From Selaginella moellendorffii (taxonomy: Eukaryota > Plantae > Lycopodiophyta): a stretch of DNA of 64,000 bases. A program made the translations under genes and the position numbers. The stretch spans positions 1 to 64,000 of the forward strand of contig NW_003314340.1 of the NCBI RefSeq assembly GCF_000143415.4. The letters are read 5' to 3'. Of this stretch, positions 23,911 to 35,435 are shown piece by piece (within the stretch, counting starts at the first letter, position 1; each line of letters starts with the position of its first letter). The notes below the pieces were generated by a model. That model was given only the letters and a program-made list of their open reading frames with translations. It searched no databases and was not told the origin of the DNA.

Positions 23911-24957
23911 AAACTAACATTTCCATGCTTGCTAAAGGAACAAAAGTTGGCAGTTGTGACCAAGAAAGCATTAATAGGCATTCCATTGTAATATATAATG
24001 CTGTGACAAAATGAGAAGCTCTCATTCAATACCTCAATTATGGTGATAGTGCTTCTTGTCCCACTACTCCACATATCACTCATGGATTTCATCTTTACAT
24101 GACATTATAAAAGTAAAAGAAGAGTTCTAGAATATTTATTTCACATAATATTGCATACTTGCTTGTGTGAAATTTATATTATATAATTGTTTGTGTAAAA
24201 CCTTCACTAGATTTGTGGTGACATCATGTTATCTTGGATGACATGGCATCAGTCTTATGTGGCAGTTTAAAGTGTCATGCCTCATACATCTATGATATAC
24301 CTTATGACAAAAATATTATACACATAATCACATTTTGTTTATATAACAATCAAAAGTGATTGTGTGCATAATATTTTTGTATGCAACTCAAAACAAAAAA
24401 ATAAATTCTCAGATGTGTAAATATATAATGCTCTCACAAACAATCATATATTTGTTGCCACGCTATGGCTGGGCACCAAATTAAATTTTGATATTTACAA
24501 AAACACAAATAATATTGTGTTTGTATGTAAGATGTTGTGAAAGTAAGCTTGAATCAGACACAATGGTTGAAACTGTATGAGCTGCTTAAACTTGAGCATT
24601 TGATCACAAAACGAGATCCATGCTGGTCGCTAGTGCCCAACATCACCAATGATCTTGGATAGAATCTATTCACTTCCGTTGCACCTCTGGCTAGCGAGAC
24701 CTTGACTTTTTATATCGATCCATGAGGATCATGCCAAACGTCTTCCACTGTGCCGCACTTGTGAGATGAGGATTTATCACTGACGTGATCAAAGATGATG
24801 TATACCTGTCGAGTAAAGCTTGAGAGATTGCTCCAAGAAATGCAGCGATGTTCTCTGAATGAACCTCTTGGTGCATGTACAATCCATAGAGACAAACACA
24901 TTGCCAAACAGCTCGGCACTAGTCAGCATATACATCCATTTGTGCCAATCTTTAAGC

Positions 24958-26742
24958 TCATCCAAAAGGGAATGAATTGCTAGCAAGTATCGTATATATT
25001 GCTTGGTTTCCTGGGTCCAAACGAAGGACCTCCGTAGCTGCCCAGCTTCCATGGTCGCCATCACAGTGGAGCTTGGAGGCTCCAAGAACACACGACCACT
25101 CCAAGATCCTGGGAACGAACGGCATGCTACTCAAGAGTTCTTGTGCCTCGCGCAAATGACCAGCCCGGCCAAGTGCGTCAACCATGCAAGAATAGTGCTG
25201 CTCGGTGTGCTCCACACCATAGTCGGCTACCATGGAAGTAAAATGCGACCGGGCATCGTAGAGTTTTCCCCGCCGCGCGCACGTAGCGAGCACTAGGACG
25301 AAGCAAATCCCATCCGCAAGCTCGGCCGCCACCTTCAATTTAGAAAAGATATCCTGTACGCGTTCGAGGTGGCCGACGCTTGCGTAAGAGTGTAACACAA
25401 CCGTCCAAGAGATGGTGTCACGCTCAGGCATTGAGTGAAAGAAGAGCTCGGTCGATCCTGGGAGGCCTCTTTGTGGGTAGCAATTGAGCATGGTGTTCCA
25501 TGTCACGAGATCTCGCTCGACCATGTCACGAAAGAAGAATTTCTTTGCAAGCGGCTGGCGGCAGGCTTGGATGTGAGCTGCGAGCATGTAGGTGCATGAT
25601 CCAGCATCTCGCTCAGGCATCTCATTAAAAACTTTGATGGTACTAGCATAATCGCTAATTCTCATGTAGCCACCAAGAAGAGCTTTCCACGACACTAAGT
25701 CTTTTACAGGCATTTGAACGAATGTGCATGTTGCAAGCTCAATATGCCCGGCTAAGGCATATGCTGCAAGAACGATATTCCATGACACTAAGTCCAAGCG
25801 AGAAATAGTTTCTAGAAACAAAAGAGCGTCCCCTAAGCTTTTATATCGCGTATACGAGTCAAGCATAATGTTACACGAGACGATATTACGCACAAGCATC
25901 CTATCGTACAGGTTTTTCATCTCAAAAAATCGCCCAGACACGGCATACGCAGTAAGCATTGCGTTTGCTGATACTGTATCGTGTTTTGGCATCGATTCAA
26001 ACGTTTTCAACGACTGATGAAAATTCCCAGCCTCAACGAACATTGAAAGAAGAGCCGTCCAGGAGACAATACTCTGCTGCAGCATGATACCAAACACTGT
26101 TTCCGCTTTATCAAATTGCCTGTTAGAGGCATATGCTGTGAGCAATGTTGTGTACGACACAAGATCTCTCTCAGGCATCAAACAAAACAAATCTATAGAC
26201 TCCTCTAAGAGGTGTCGGCTGACCAAAAATGTTAGGTAAACGTTCATGGTGATTAAGTCCCTCTCCGGCATTGTCTCATACGCTCTTTTTGCCTGAGAAA
26301 CACCCCCAACACGGGCATATGTACTAAGCATGCTGTTCCAAGTGAAAAGATCTCTTTCCGGGATTTCTTCGAACGCAAGAGTGGCTTGCTCTAAGAGACC
26401 TCGGAGGGAATACGCAGCTAGCAGGGTGTTCCACGTAGCAAGGTTTCTTTGTGGCATGGAATGAAAGATCTCTTCGGCCTCTGCGAGGTGTCCCTTTTGA
26501 GAATACGAGCCAAGGATACAATTCCAGGAGATGAGGTTCTTGAACGGCATCTGGTTGAAGAATTTCCTGGCATCGTCCACGTATCCATTCTTCTCGTAAG
26601 CTGCAAGAAGGGCATTCCAAGAAACTGGGCTCCATGCGGGCATAGAATCGAATGCGTACTTTGCCTCCTCGAGGCATCCTCTGCGAGCGCAAGAAGAAAG
26701 GAGTACGTTCCACTCGACGAGCGTTCTACGTTGTGAATCCAT
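24958..26742 (-). CDS. PLS-class PPR protein, E domain, no DYW (PPR-D; about 93% aa identical to 54500-56284)
   Basis: Intact 594-aa ORF with SS motifs, HYSCMVDALGRAG and WSCVLGAS. Confidence 0.88.
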   Translation of the reverse strand: MDSQRRTLVEWNVLLSSCARRGCLEEAKYAFDSMPAWSPVSWNALLAAYEKNGYVDDARKFFNQMPFKNLISWNCILGSYSQKGHLAEAEEIFHSMPQRNLATWNTLLAAYSLRGLLEQATLAFEEIPERDLFTWNSMLSTYARVGGVSQAKRAYETMPERDLITMNVYLTFLVSRHLLEESIDLFCLMPERDLVSYTTLLTAYASNRQFDKAETVFGIMLQQSIVSWTALLSMFVEAGNFHQSLKTFESMPKHDTVSANAMLTAYAVSGRFFEMKNLYDRMLVRNIVSCNIMLDSYTRYKSLGDALLFLETISRLDLVSWNIVLAAYALAGHIELATCTFVQMPVKDLVSWKALLGGYMRISDYASTIKVFNEMPERDAGSCTYMLAAHIQACRQPLAKKFFFRDMVERDLVTWNTMLNCYPQRGLPGSTELFFHSMPERDTISWTVVLHSYASVGHLERVQDIFSKLKVAAELADGICFVLVLATCARRGKLYDARSHFTSMVADYGVEHTEQHYSCMVDALGRAGHLREAQELLSSMPFVPRILEWSCVLGASKLHCDGDHGSWAATEVLRLDPGNQAIYTILASNSFPFG

Positions 26743-26986
26743 TCAAATGTGGACCGTTGACTGACCAGCTTTAAATGTCGACCATTGGATTGGCGCCAAA
26801 ATTCGCAAGCTTGCCGATGTAAGCCACAACCATTGAGCAGTGCCGACCACGCATTCACGCCAGGCTTGCAAGGCATGGCTTGGAATAATCTTTGGGCTTC
26901 TTCCAGCCGCCCAGAAGATCGATCACGCAGTGGTAATGCAAAGGGCTAAAGATCTCACTGTTGGAGAGATCATCAAACTTTCTTGC
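26743..26986 (-). pseudogene. Decayed C-terminal fragment of the PPR at 52331-54499
   Basis: FDDLSNSEIFSPLHYHCVIDLL...MPCKPGVNAWSALLNGCGLH, with deletions relative to 54233-54499. Confidence 0.85.
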
Positions 26987-27175
26987 TCCATGAACATCTT
27001 TATACCAGTTGACTTTTGGATTCTTGGGAGTAACTCCAATTGTTTTTTCTATTGGGTACGACAATAGAGTGACATCAGAAAAAACTTAATAAAGTTGTGA
27101 GTACTTAATAGCAAGTTCCTCCAAGTTTATGAGGCAGATCGATGGGAGAACATCCATTGCAGCTATTTGTCCCGT

Positions 27176-27807
27176 GCAGGACATTGGAACTCCGGGCGAG
27201 GAACCATAGCAAGAAACTCTATCATGGATATATTCTTCGTACATGACTCTTGGAACACTCCAGAAACAATTGCTATATCCAACTTGGAGCAAAGACGGGG
27301 AGAAAAAACACGATCAAGGTAGCGAGAATTTTTGTTCTTTTACACGTGAATCTATCACAAGTGTGCTCTCATGATCCAGAATCCAAGCACACTTGGTGGA
27401 AGTCTTGCGTAGAGTGAAGCTTGAACAGATCCTGGAACGCTCGATTCACTTGGACGCGAATGCCGACTGGTCCAGTGTCTTGTCACTGGGAGGGAGAGCA
27501 ACAGCGCCTGGCTTTTGCTCGATTGCTTCTATCAAAACCAAAGCTTGCGCTCCTGGGTGAAGCAACCAGTGCCATAGACGAAGCAACTGAGGTAAAAGCT
27601 TGTCTCTTTGGTTCTCTTCTAAGATCTAGTCACTCTACGCAGGCTTACTTGTATCGACTTCTCTTAGAATCCGGAACTTGCGTGATGAGCGTTGGGCATC
27701 GCAGCACGCTTCGCGAATTCCACACGCACTTGCTCTTCTTTTCCCCGCGAATCTCCGGGACGAGTATCTTGGAGTGGTCATTACAAGACCTTCCTCAAAG
27801 AACCAAC
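27176..27807 (+). pseudogene. 3' fragment of ABCD2-like transporter (copy 3)
   Basis: Starts after Walker A; has deletions, a 4-nt insertion, Walker B D->G (LLGEAT) and a deleted stop codon. Confidence 0.88.
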
Positions 27808-27849
27808 AGTAGTTCTTCGTCCATTGAAGTGAATAAGTGGAAGACTGGC

Positions 27850-29778
27850 GTTTGTAAATGCGAGCAAGCAAGCGCTTTGCAGCCTTTTACGTTTTGGCAA
27901 GAGTGTGGCGGAGCTCCAGCAGCTCCATGCCACAATCTGGGATGGGCAGGAGACCCCCCTGGGATGTATGGCAAGTTTGGAGCTGACAAGAGGCTGCGGT
28001 GTTTGATAGCATTCAGCGTCCAAACGTTTTCTCGTGGAACAACATCGTCACGGTGTTTGCACACAACGGGTGTTTGGAGCGAGCGCACAGCGAGTTCTGC
28101 CCGAGAGGAACTGCGTGTCCTGGAACATAATGGTGACGGGCTATGCTCAGACTGGGTATCTCACGCAGACTGAGGCTATGCTCGAGAAAATGCCACAGCA
28201 TGAAATGGTTTTGCTCAGTGCTTTGATCGTGGGCTTTTCCAGGAATGGCCAAACCGACCAAGCAGAGGCTACTTTCGAGACAATCGTCCAGCGGAATATC
28301 ATAACTTGGACTGGGTTTCTAACTGGATATGCCCAGTCCAGGTATATTCGTGAAGCTTACGGGTATTTTTGAGACAATTTCAGCGTGGAACGTTCTCTCG
28401 TGGACTGGTATGATCGGCTCGCTGGGTCAGATGGGTCAGCTCGAGAACGCGAAGATTCTTTTTGATCGGGTTCTAGAGCTCAATGCTGTGTCTTGGACGG
28501 CCGTGGTTGCTGCTTATGCCGAGAATGGGCATATGCGAGAGTGTCGAGATTTGTTTGAGCGCGGTATAGTAACTTGGAACGCCATGCTTGCTGGATTTGG
28601 GTCGAGTTTGCAAGCGGGAGAAGCGAGGAGAGTTTTTGGAAGAATGCCTTGTGACAACTTGGTCTCGTGGAATACCATGCTTGCTTTGGTTGCTAGGAAC
28701 GATGGAAGCCTTGGATACCTTCCATGGAATGCCTGCGAGGAACTATAAATCGTGGAACCTTGTCGTCCATTGCCATGCCGCGAATGGAGATTTTGGGGAC
28801 GCCGGCAAGCTTGTGTATAGAATGCCGCAGCTCAGTGTAGTGACTTGGACTTGCATGGTCGTTGGATATTCCTGCAAGGGAAGAGTTGACGAGGCGTTTT
28901 CCTTGTTTGACTGGATTCCAGAACGGAATGTTGTGACCTGGACGGGCTTGCTTGCCGGATATGCCCAAGTAAGTGATGTGGGTGAAGTGTTTCGCAGAAT
29001 GCCGGCCCATAACGTGGTGTCATCGACGGCTGTGATTGATGCCTACGGCCACCTGGTGGCGGCCAAGGAGCTATTTGACTGGCTCCCGGAAGCCAACGAG
29101 TTGACTCTGATAGCCATGCTGGGAGCATATGCTGCAAAGGGCTGCGCATCCGAGTCCAAGATGCTTTCTGACTCCTCGCCATCGCACAGCGTGCTTACGT
29201 GGAATACAATGGTGTCCACGTACGGAGCTAGCCTTGAGCTCTGTGCCGCAATGGCCATGTTTGAGAAGATGCCCAAGCACAACACTGTGTCGTGGAACGC
29301 AATCGTTACGGCAAATGCCAGGAATGGGCATTTGAGGGGAGCTAGGATGATGTTTGACACGATACCATATAGGAGCTCAAGGTCGTGGAGCGTGATGATC
29401 GATTCATTTGCGCTGAGTGGCCAGTGTTTTGAGGCAGTCGAGATGCTTACACTCATGATGTGGGAGGGTTTTGTGCCAGATGAGAGTGTATTTACAGGTG
29501 TTCTTGCTGCCTGCAGCCACCAAGGCTTGCTCGAACTCGGTGTAAGGCTGTTTTCGTTGATGGTGAGAGATTACTCCATTGCTCCAGCACTAGTACACTT
29601 CAAGTGCCTAATTGCATTGCTGACTCGAGCTGGGCAACTTGATAGTGCAGAGCAGCTTGTCAATGAAACGCCCTACCATCCAGATGAAGTTGCATGGGTG
29701 ACACTCCTTGCCGGCTGTAGCTCACACTTTCACGTGGGACGAGCGTCCTATGGCACTTGCAATTCTGGTGCTCTGTAG
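27850..29778 (+). pseudogene. Frameshifted duplicate of PPR-C
   Basis: Colinear with 18340-20340 but split into ORFs 28034-28372, 28329-28748 and 28588-29778. Confidence 0.88.
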
Positions 29779-30421
29779 GAAGTGTGTACGATCAGCAAAC
29801 ATGAGTTTCTAAACCTTTAAATCTTGCGTCCCTCCGTAAGGTGGAATAAGGATGAACAGTTTTTTTGGCCTTGATGACCTTTCTGTTCCCTGATCCTCGC
29901 CAGATGATTCTTGGCGAACCTGAGCCGAGTCAGCACTCCACGGACGAGCGTGGCATCGGTGGAGGCTCGTGCTGGGCGCTACAATCAAGGGTAAGCATCC
30001 TCGATCTGCAGAATCCGCAACTCCAGCACCAGAAATATTAAACAGGAGTGTCGAAAATCATTTTTGGACGCGTGTACATAAACATCTTGCCATTTGTATT
30101 GCAATTGCTTCTTCATCCTTTTAATCTTTGGTGCCTTCTTCATTCATGTTCTTTTCCCAAAAGATATTTTTTCACAGTAGTAGTGCTGCAACGTGTGCCA
30201 TGCCTCAAAAGCAGTAGGAGAATCCTTGACCTTTAAGATGTCCTCACATGGAACTCTCTTGATCAACTTGTATTAAAGCTATACAAGCTCAGCACCTTTA
30301 AGTCTTATTTTTGGAAACATGTGTCCAAATTGGTATAAAAGTTGTACGCAAGGAAGCTTCTTTGCAATGGCAAAGGCGGCTTGTATGAAGGATAAGCAGG
30401 AGAAGCAGGAGAATTGGTAAA

Positions 30422-31620
30422 ATGGGGCTTGATCCAAAGGATGGGGGGCTTCCCATGGTTCAGGATTTGGTTGAGTCTGGCATTGATGAAGTGCCTCAGC
30501 GATTTGTGAAGCCAGCGGAAGAGCGGTCATTCTCTGCAGCAAGGACGGAAGATGATGAGGTTCCAGTTATTCACGTAGCAGAGCTTGACACAGCTGAAGG
30601 CATCGCTAAGCTCAACAGCGCTTGCCGAGATTGGGGATTTTTCCAGGTGAGATCTGGTCAATAATCCATGACTAACCTCTGGTTCAGCTGATTGGACATG
30701 GCATCCCTCCGGAGTTGCTTAAACAGGTGAGGAAGACAGTGAGGGACTTTTTCCGGTTGCCCCGGGAGCAGAGGGAAGCATATGCTATTCGCTCTGATGC
30801 ACCATCTCTAGCCAGCCAGGAAGGATACGGAAGATTTTTCGTTCCTTCGAAGGAGACTGTGCTCGACTGGGACGATCTTGTTTATCATTTTCTTCCTCCC
30901 ATAAGGAATTGGCCAAGCAATCCTCCAGAGTACAGGTAACATTTTTTTTTGAAAACTTTCATCGTCGTTCTGAACTCCACTCTACAGGAAAGTCGTGGAA
31001 GAGTACGGCCAGGAGATACGGCCTCTGGCAATCAAACTGCTACAATGCATGGCAGAGGCATTGGGGCAACGTGCTAGTTTCTTCTCTGAAGCTTTCGGTC
31101 CTAGTCCTCATTATGCGATCAGGCTGAACTATTATCCGCCTTGTCCACAGCCAGAGCTTGTGATTGGAATCAGCCCTCACTCTGATCTCGTGGGTCTTAC
31201 CGTTTTGCTCCAAGATGAGGTGGAAGGCCTGCAGGTTAAGAAAGACGGGCAGTGGAGGAGCGTCAGGTCCATCCCAGACGCGTTTGTGGTGAATGTTGGA
31301 GACACGATTGAGGTGAGTGAATGAGGATTCTCGGCTTTGGTTCATAGTTAAAGCTATGGTGCATGGTTTTTGTCGCGTCCCAGATACTAACAAATGGAGC
31401 TTACAAGAGCGTGGAGCACAGAGCTGTCGTCAATAAGGAATGCTCTCGGATCTCCATTGCAACAATTTACGGTCCTGGCCGCGACAGGAAATTAAAGCCA
31501 ATTACCTCGGAAGAAATGCCACCTTTGTACAAGGAGATCTCTATGGCAGAGCTCCTCGAAGCGTTCCTCAGTGGGGAACTGAATGGTAAGGGGCATCTCC
31601 AGTTTGTCAGAATAGTATGA
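30422..31620 (+). CDS. 2-oxoglutarate/Fe(II)-dependent dioxygenase, DOXC class, SRG1-like (4 exons, intact)
   Basis: DIOX_N (ACRDWGFFQ-LIGHGI), EGYG, RLNYYPPCPQPE, HxD (HSD), distal His (VEHR) and RxS (RIS); GT-AG introns. Confidence 0.9.
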
Positions 31621-31806
31621 GGGTCCAAGTATTATGACAAAAATAAAATATTGTGACAATATATGTCTTTAATATAGTAAATGATATATATATATATATG
31701 AATTGAATGTTTGGAAAGCTATTTTACTTCTAAGTGAAAATTACCTAAGAAGAATGCCCTTTGAGCCCCTTAAAGCTCTTTTCTAGGGCTACTGTCAAAC
31801 TCCACA

Positions 31807-31923
31807 TAGGGTTTAGGATTTAGGGTTTAGGGTTTAGGTGCGTTTATAGTAACTCAATCTATTTATGTCTTAAATTATGTAATAGAAATCCTGCAGTTTA
31901 GGTTTAGGGTTTTAGGTTTAGGG
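31807..31923 (+). repeat. Interstitial plant telomeric repeats (TTTAGGG)n, two short imperfect blocks
   Basis: tagggtttaggatttagggtttagggtttagg and gtttaggtttagggttttaggtttaggg. Confidence 0.85.
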
Positions 31924-32789
31924 TATAAACATTTAATCCAGATCAGTGCATATCATGAAACTTTCACATTGAATCGACTCCATTGGTTGTTGGTCCTAAT
32001 TGTGGCAACTGGATCCAAAAATTCTCTTTTCCAGATCATCCTCAAAGCAAGACACCATATATAGTCTTCTAAAGAGAATCTAGAAAGCTAGGTTTTTCAA
32101 GTCCCAACTGCTCCAAGTCACCCTTGACATCCAACTCTACCAATCCTTGACCGTTACTATCTTCATCATGTGTCAAGGCAAACAAAATCACATAAATCTT
32201 GGCAAAAAGCTCCATTTCTAAAGATTTTGCAACTGTCCATCCACGGATTGCACAACTTAAAGTAGGTTTAAAGTTGTCTCACATTACTCATTCTCACATG
32301 GATTTTTTGCATTCTTATTCATTAATTGAAGATTTTGTCATTATAATGTTTTGTTGCATAAAGTGTTTTTCATTACCTTCACCAAGAAAACAACCCTAAG
32401 CACATAGTAATGGCAAATTTAGCCTGTGGTATCCAAAATATGTTAAAAACTCTAGCTTTCCCAGAAAACATCAAGTCCATAAAACTTTGCTGATGTGTCA
32501 AAAATGTTGATATGGAGTTGAAATTTACACTAAAAAAATTACATACAAGCATCAATGCATGCTCATGCATAAGAAAAAAATTATCTTTAAAATATTATTT
32601 TGTGAGTCTACTCAAGATACACCTGCCTCATTGAGAGGTGTACCTCCCCTTAAAACTGCAATCACAAATTAGCTAAAGGCATAAGATGTATACAAATAAA
32701 AAAAACAACATATGATAATGTATCTATTTCATGCTTTTTCTTGGGCAACACAAAAACTATCAATTTTATTAAGATATGGGATTGTTTTT

Positions 32790-33520
32790 AAGATGTGCTT
32801 AAGTCTTGGTGCTAGAGAAAAAAGTAGGGAGATGGATGGAGGTTTCATGAAATTGATGGCACTAAAGCAAGGCATAGCTTTGTACTACTAAACAACAAAA
32901 GTAGTAATGGGAGCTCAAAACTTGTAGCTGGAATGAAGAGATCATGCAAAGATTTGCCATTGTGGACTATAGAGCAATCAAGTCATAGTGACATGTTTAG
33001 TTGATTTCTATTGCAAACTTGAAAGCATAGTCTTGGCTCAACAGATTTTTAGCTTGATGCCCTTGAAAGATCTTGTGGCCTAGACAGCACTTATAATTGG
33101 ACATAGTTGCCAAGGAAACATTGACTCCATGTTTGAAAACTTTAACAATATATGAGATTTTGGCCTTCATCTTGATAGCTTTACATTCCTCTTGATCATC
33201 AGTGTTTACAGCTATGTAAGGCTTGTGAAACAAGAAAAAAAGTGCTTACATGCAATAAAGATGAAGTATGAGATTTGTCCTAGGCATGAGCACTACTATG
33301 GAGTGATTGATTTTTTGGGATAAGTAAACCATTTGGATGAGGCCTAAGGCCTCATCCAAATGTCTATGCCTCTAGGGCTGAATTGTGTAACTTGGACTAG
33401 TATTCTAAGCACGTGTAAGAAGTGGAAAAATATGTAGATTGGGAAGATACTTTGGTGAAGATTGATAAAAGGAACAAAGTTGCATATACATTTATAGCTA
33501 ATCTATATAAAAATTAAGAT
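32790..33520 (+). pseudogene. Highly degenerate PPR remnant (paralog of 23260-23910)
   Basis: Colinear with 23230-23910; residual EHYYGVIDFLG and VTWTSILSTC motifs. Confidence 0.6.
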
Positions 33521-33998
33521 TTGCAGTTAGGTGACTAAATTTTCCATTTTACTTTAGTTACTTAATCACACCTCCAACCACTTGAAAGAGTCTCACTTAT
33601 AACCTCTATAAGTCTTATTCCAGACTTAGGGATTTGCTAGCCCTGAGAACTTTTACACTTAGTCCAAATGCTCTATGTGTTTGATCCCATGACCGACACC
33701 CAAAGGTACCACCGACATATCAACCCATTATACTAAAGCCATGCTCATTCACCATTGTCACACCGGTGATCCAACATCACCTACATCACAGTCCTATCTC
33801 TCAAAGATTAGGCCATTTGTCTATGAGTGATCATCCCAAACCCAAGTTTAGACCACTAATTGATCATCAAGAAATTGTTGCTTCTTTTAAGCCTATTTCC
33901 TCTTCTTGTCAACCCTTACTTATAAAAATTGATAAACCAAATTCAGTCTCAAATGGATAATTTATATGTTATAGTACTATAATTAATGTATTATCTAA

Positions 33999-34916
33999 TG
34001 TCGCGAATGTGACTTCGGGTATCGAAAGATACTTGTCGGCCAGTCCTTACGGGCACTCTTTCCTTACTGCCACGACGGCAGGAGGTCGGTACTGCTGGTC
34101 CCTTTTATGGTCTCCACTCAAGCTAGTTGAGAAACTGGTCATCGCATGTGCACTTGACCAGATGAGCATAAGGACGGAATTCCTACATGCTATTTGTCAA
34201 GAATACTTGACCTGGTTAGAGAAACTCATTCGCTGACTTGCACTTGCTAGTGTTGGGAACCCCCGTGATATTGAAACTAGTCCCTCAATATTCGCTAGAT
34301 GATAGCTTATCGTGTTTGCCAAACACCCTCGCTATCATGCCTTTAGTGTTGGTCTCATTTCGGTCCCATATACTATTTATAGAAAGTGTCTAGATTTGCT
34401 CATTTGGCATATCTACAGAATGTAAAGATCGGCCTGAACACAATGGTGTTCGTCCCGTGTCTAGATTCGCAATCTAAGGCCATTCCATATTTAGTAAGTT
34501 TCGGACTTGTCCCAGAGACTAACTCCTGGTACTAAGGGAGGCTTGGGGTGAAAGCCCAAAGCGTGTGTCCCTCAAGGGGGGGGGGGGCTGTGGGGGGTTC
34601 CAAATGTATAGTAGGGATAGTGGTTAGAATGCATGTCCGACCACCTAAGACATTAGTTTGGCTCCCGCTGGGCTGTGTCGCTCCTTGTTCTGCGTCCGGC
34701 TTGGGTCTAAACCCAAGCTCCACGCTGCTCTAGTCGGTGGAGTACCCTCCTCCTCGCGTTAGGCCACCGGTATGCCAAAATTGTGCCAGACTCCGTCTGA
34801 CACCATTTTGCGTGCAGGTGCTGGATACGGGGACCTGGTGCTCGTGGGATTGTACTGGACCCTCGTTTCGTAGCGCTACGAGCTTGGAGTTCGGCTCCAA
34901 ATTCAGGTGCGCTACA
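33999..34916. mobile_element. Solo LTR (about 918 bp)
   Basis: TGTCGCG...GCGCTACA termini with an imperfect terminal inverted repeat; flanks TCTAA/TCTAG (5-bp TSD, 1 mismatch); GC-richer than its flanks; shares a motif with 58080-58130. Confidence 0.7.
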
Positions 34917-35381
34917 TCTAGCTAGGATAATATATGTATATACATATATATATTTATAAACCTTATACCATTCTCCCCTCAAGAAGATGAAAAAATGATG
35001 ATAATAAGTCAGATGGAACATTTGGAACTTCTATTAGGTGATTATAAATTACCATAAGAATTTGAAGTTTTCACAAAACCATTAATAAAGTTGTTGATAC
35101 AATTGCCAAATGCTCAAATTAACCTCAAAGCAATTGGACCAAAGCAAAAACTTTGAGAACCATTGTTCTATAAAATGTCATTGCAATAAGTTATATATCT
35201 CATATTTAAGTCTACTTGCCAATAATCCTTTTAGACCATTATTAACTCTAACTCACAACTATAAATAGAACCTATCTTTACATCTTCCTTTCAATCAACA
35301 TCCAAGACCCATGTTAATTTAGATTTATGACCTTTTGCCTTATAAATTATAGAGCTAATTATTGAAATGATCATAGGAGGT

Positions 35382-35435
35382 ATGAATAATCATGCAATGT
35401 ACAAGATTGCAGCTGGTTATAGAGAGAGGTATTAA
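35382..35435 (+). pseudogene. Small GH3 exon-2 fragment (KIAAGYRER plus splice donor)
   Basis: caagattgcagctggttatagagagaggtat matches caagatttcagcgggttatagagaaaggtat at about 39219-39249. Confidence 0.55.

Larger units (their letters stand above)
23915..26986 (-). repeat. About 3.1-kb inverted segmental duplicate of about 54233-57430
   Basis: The reverse complement matches the 3' end of PPR 52331-54499, the whole PPR 54500-56284 and about 1.1 kb of downstream flank. Confidence 0.92.
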
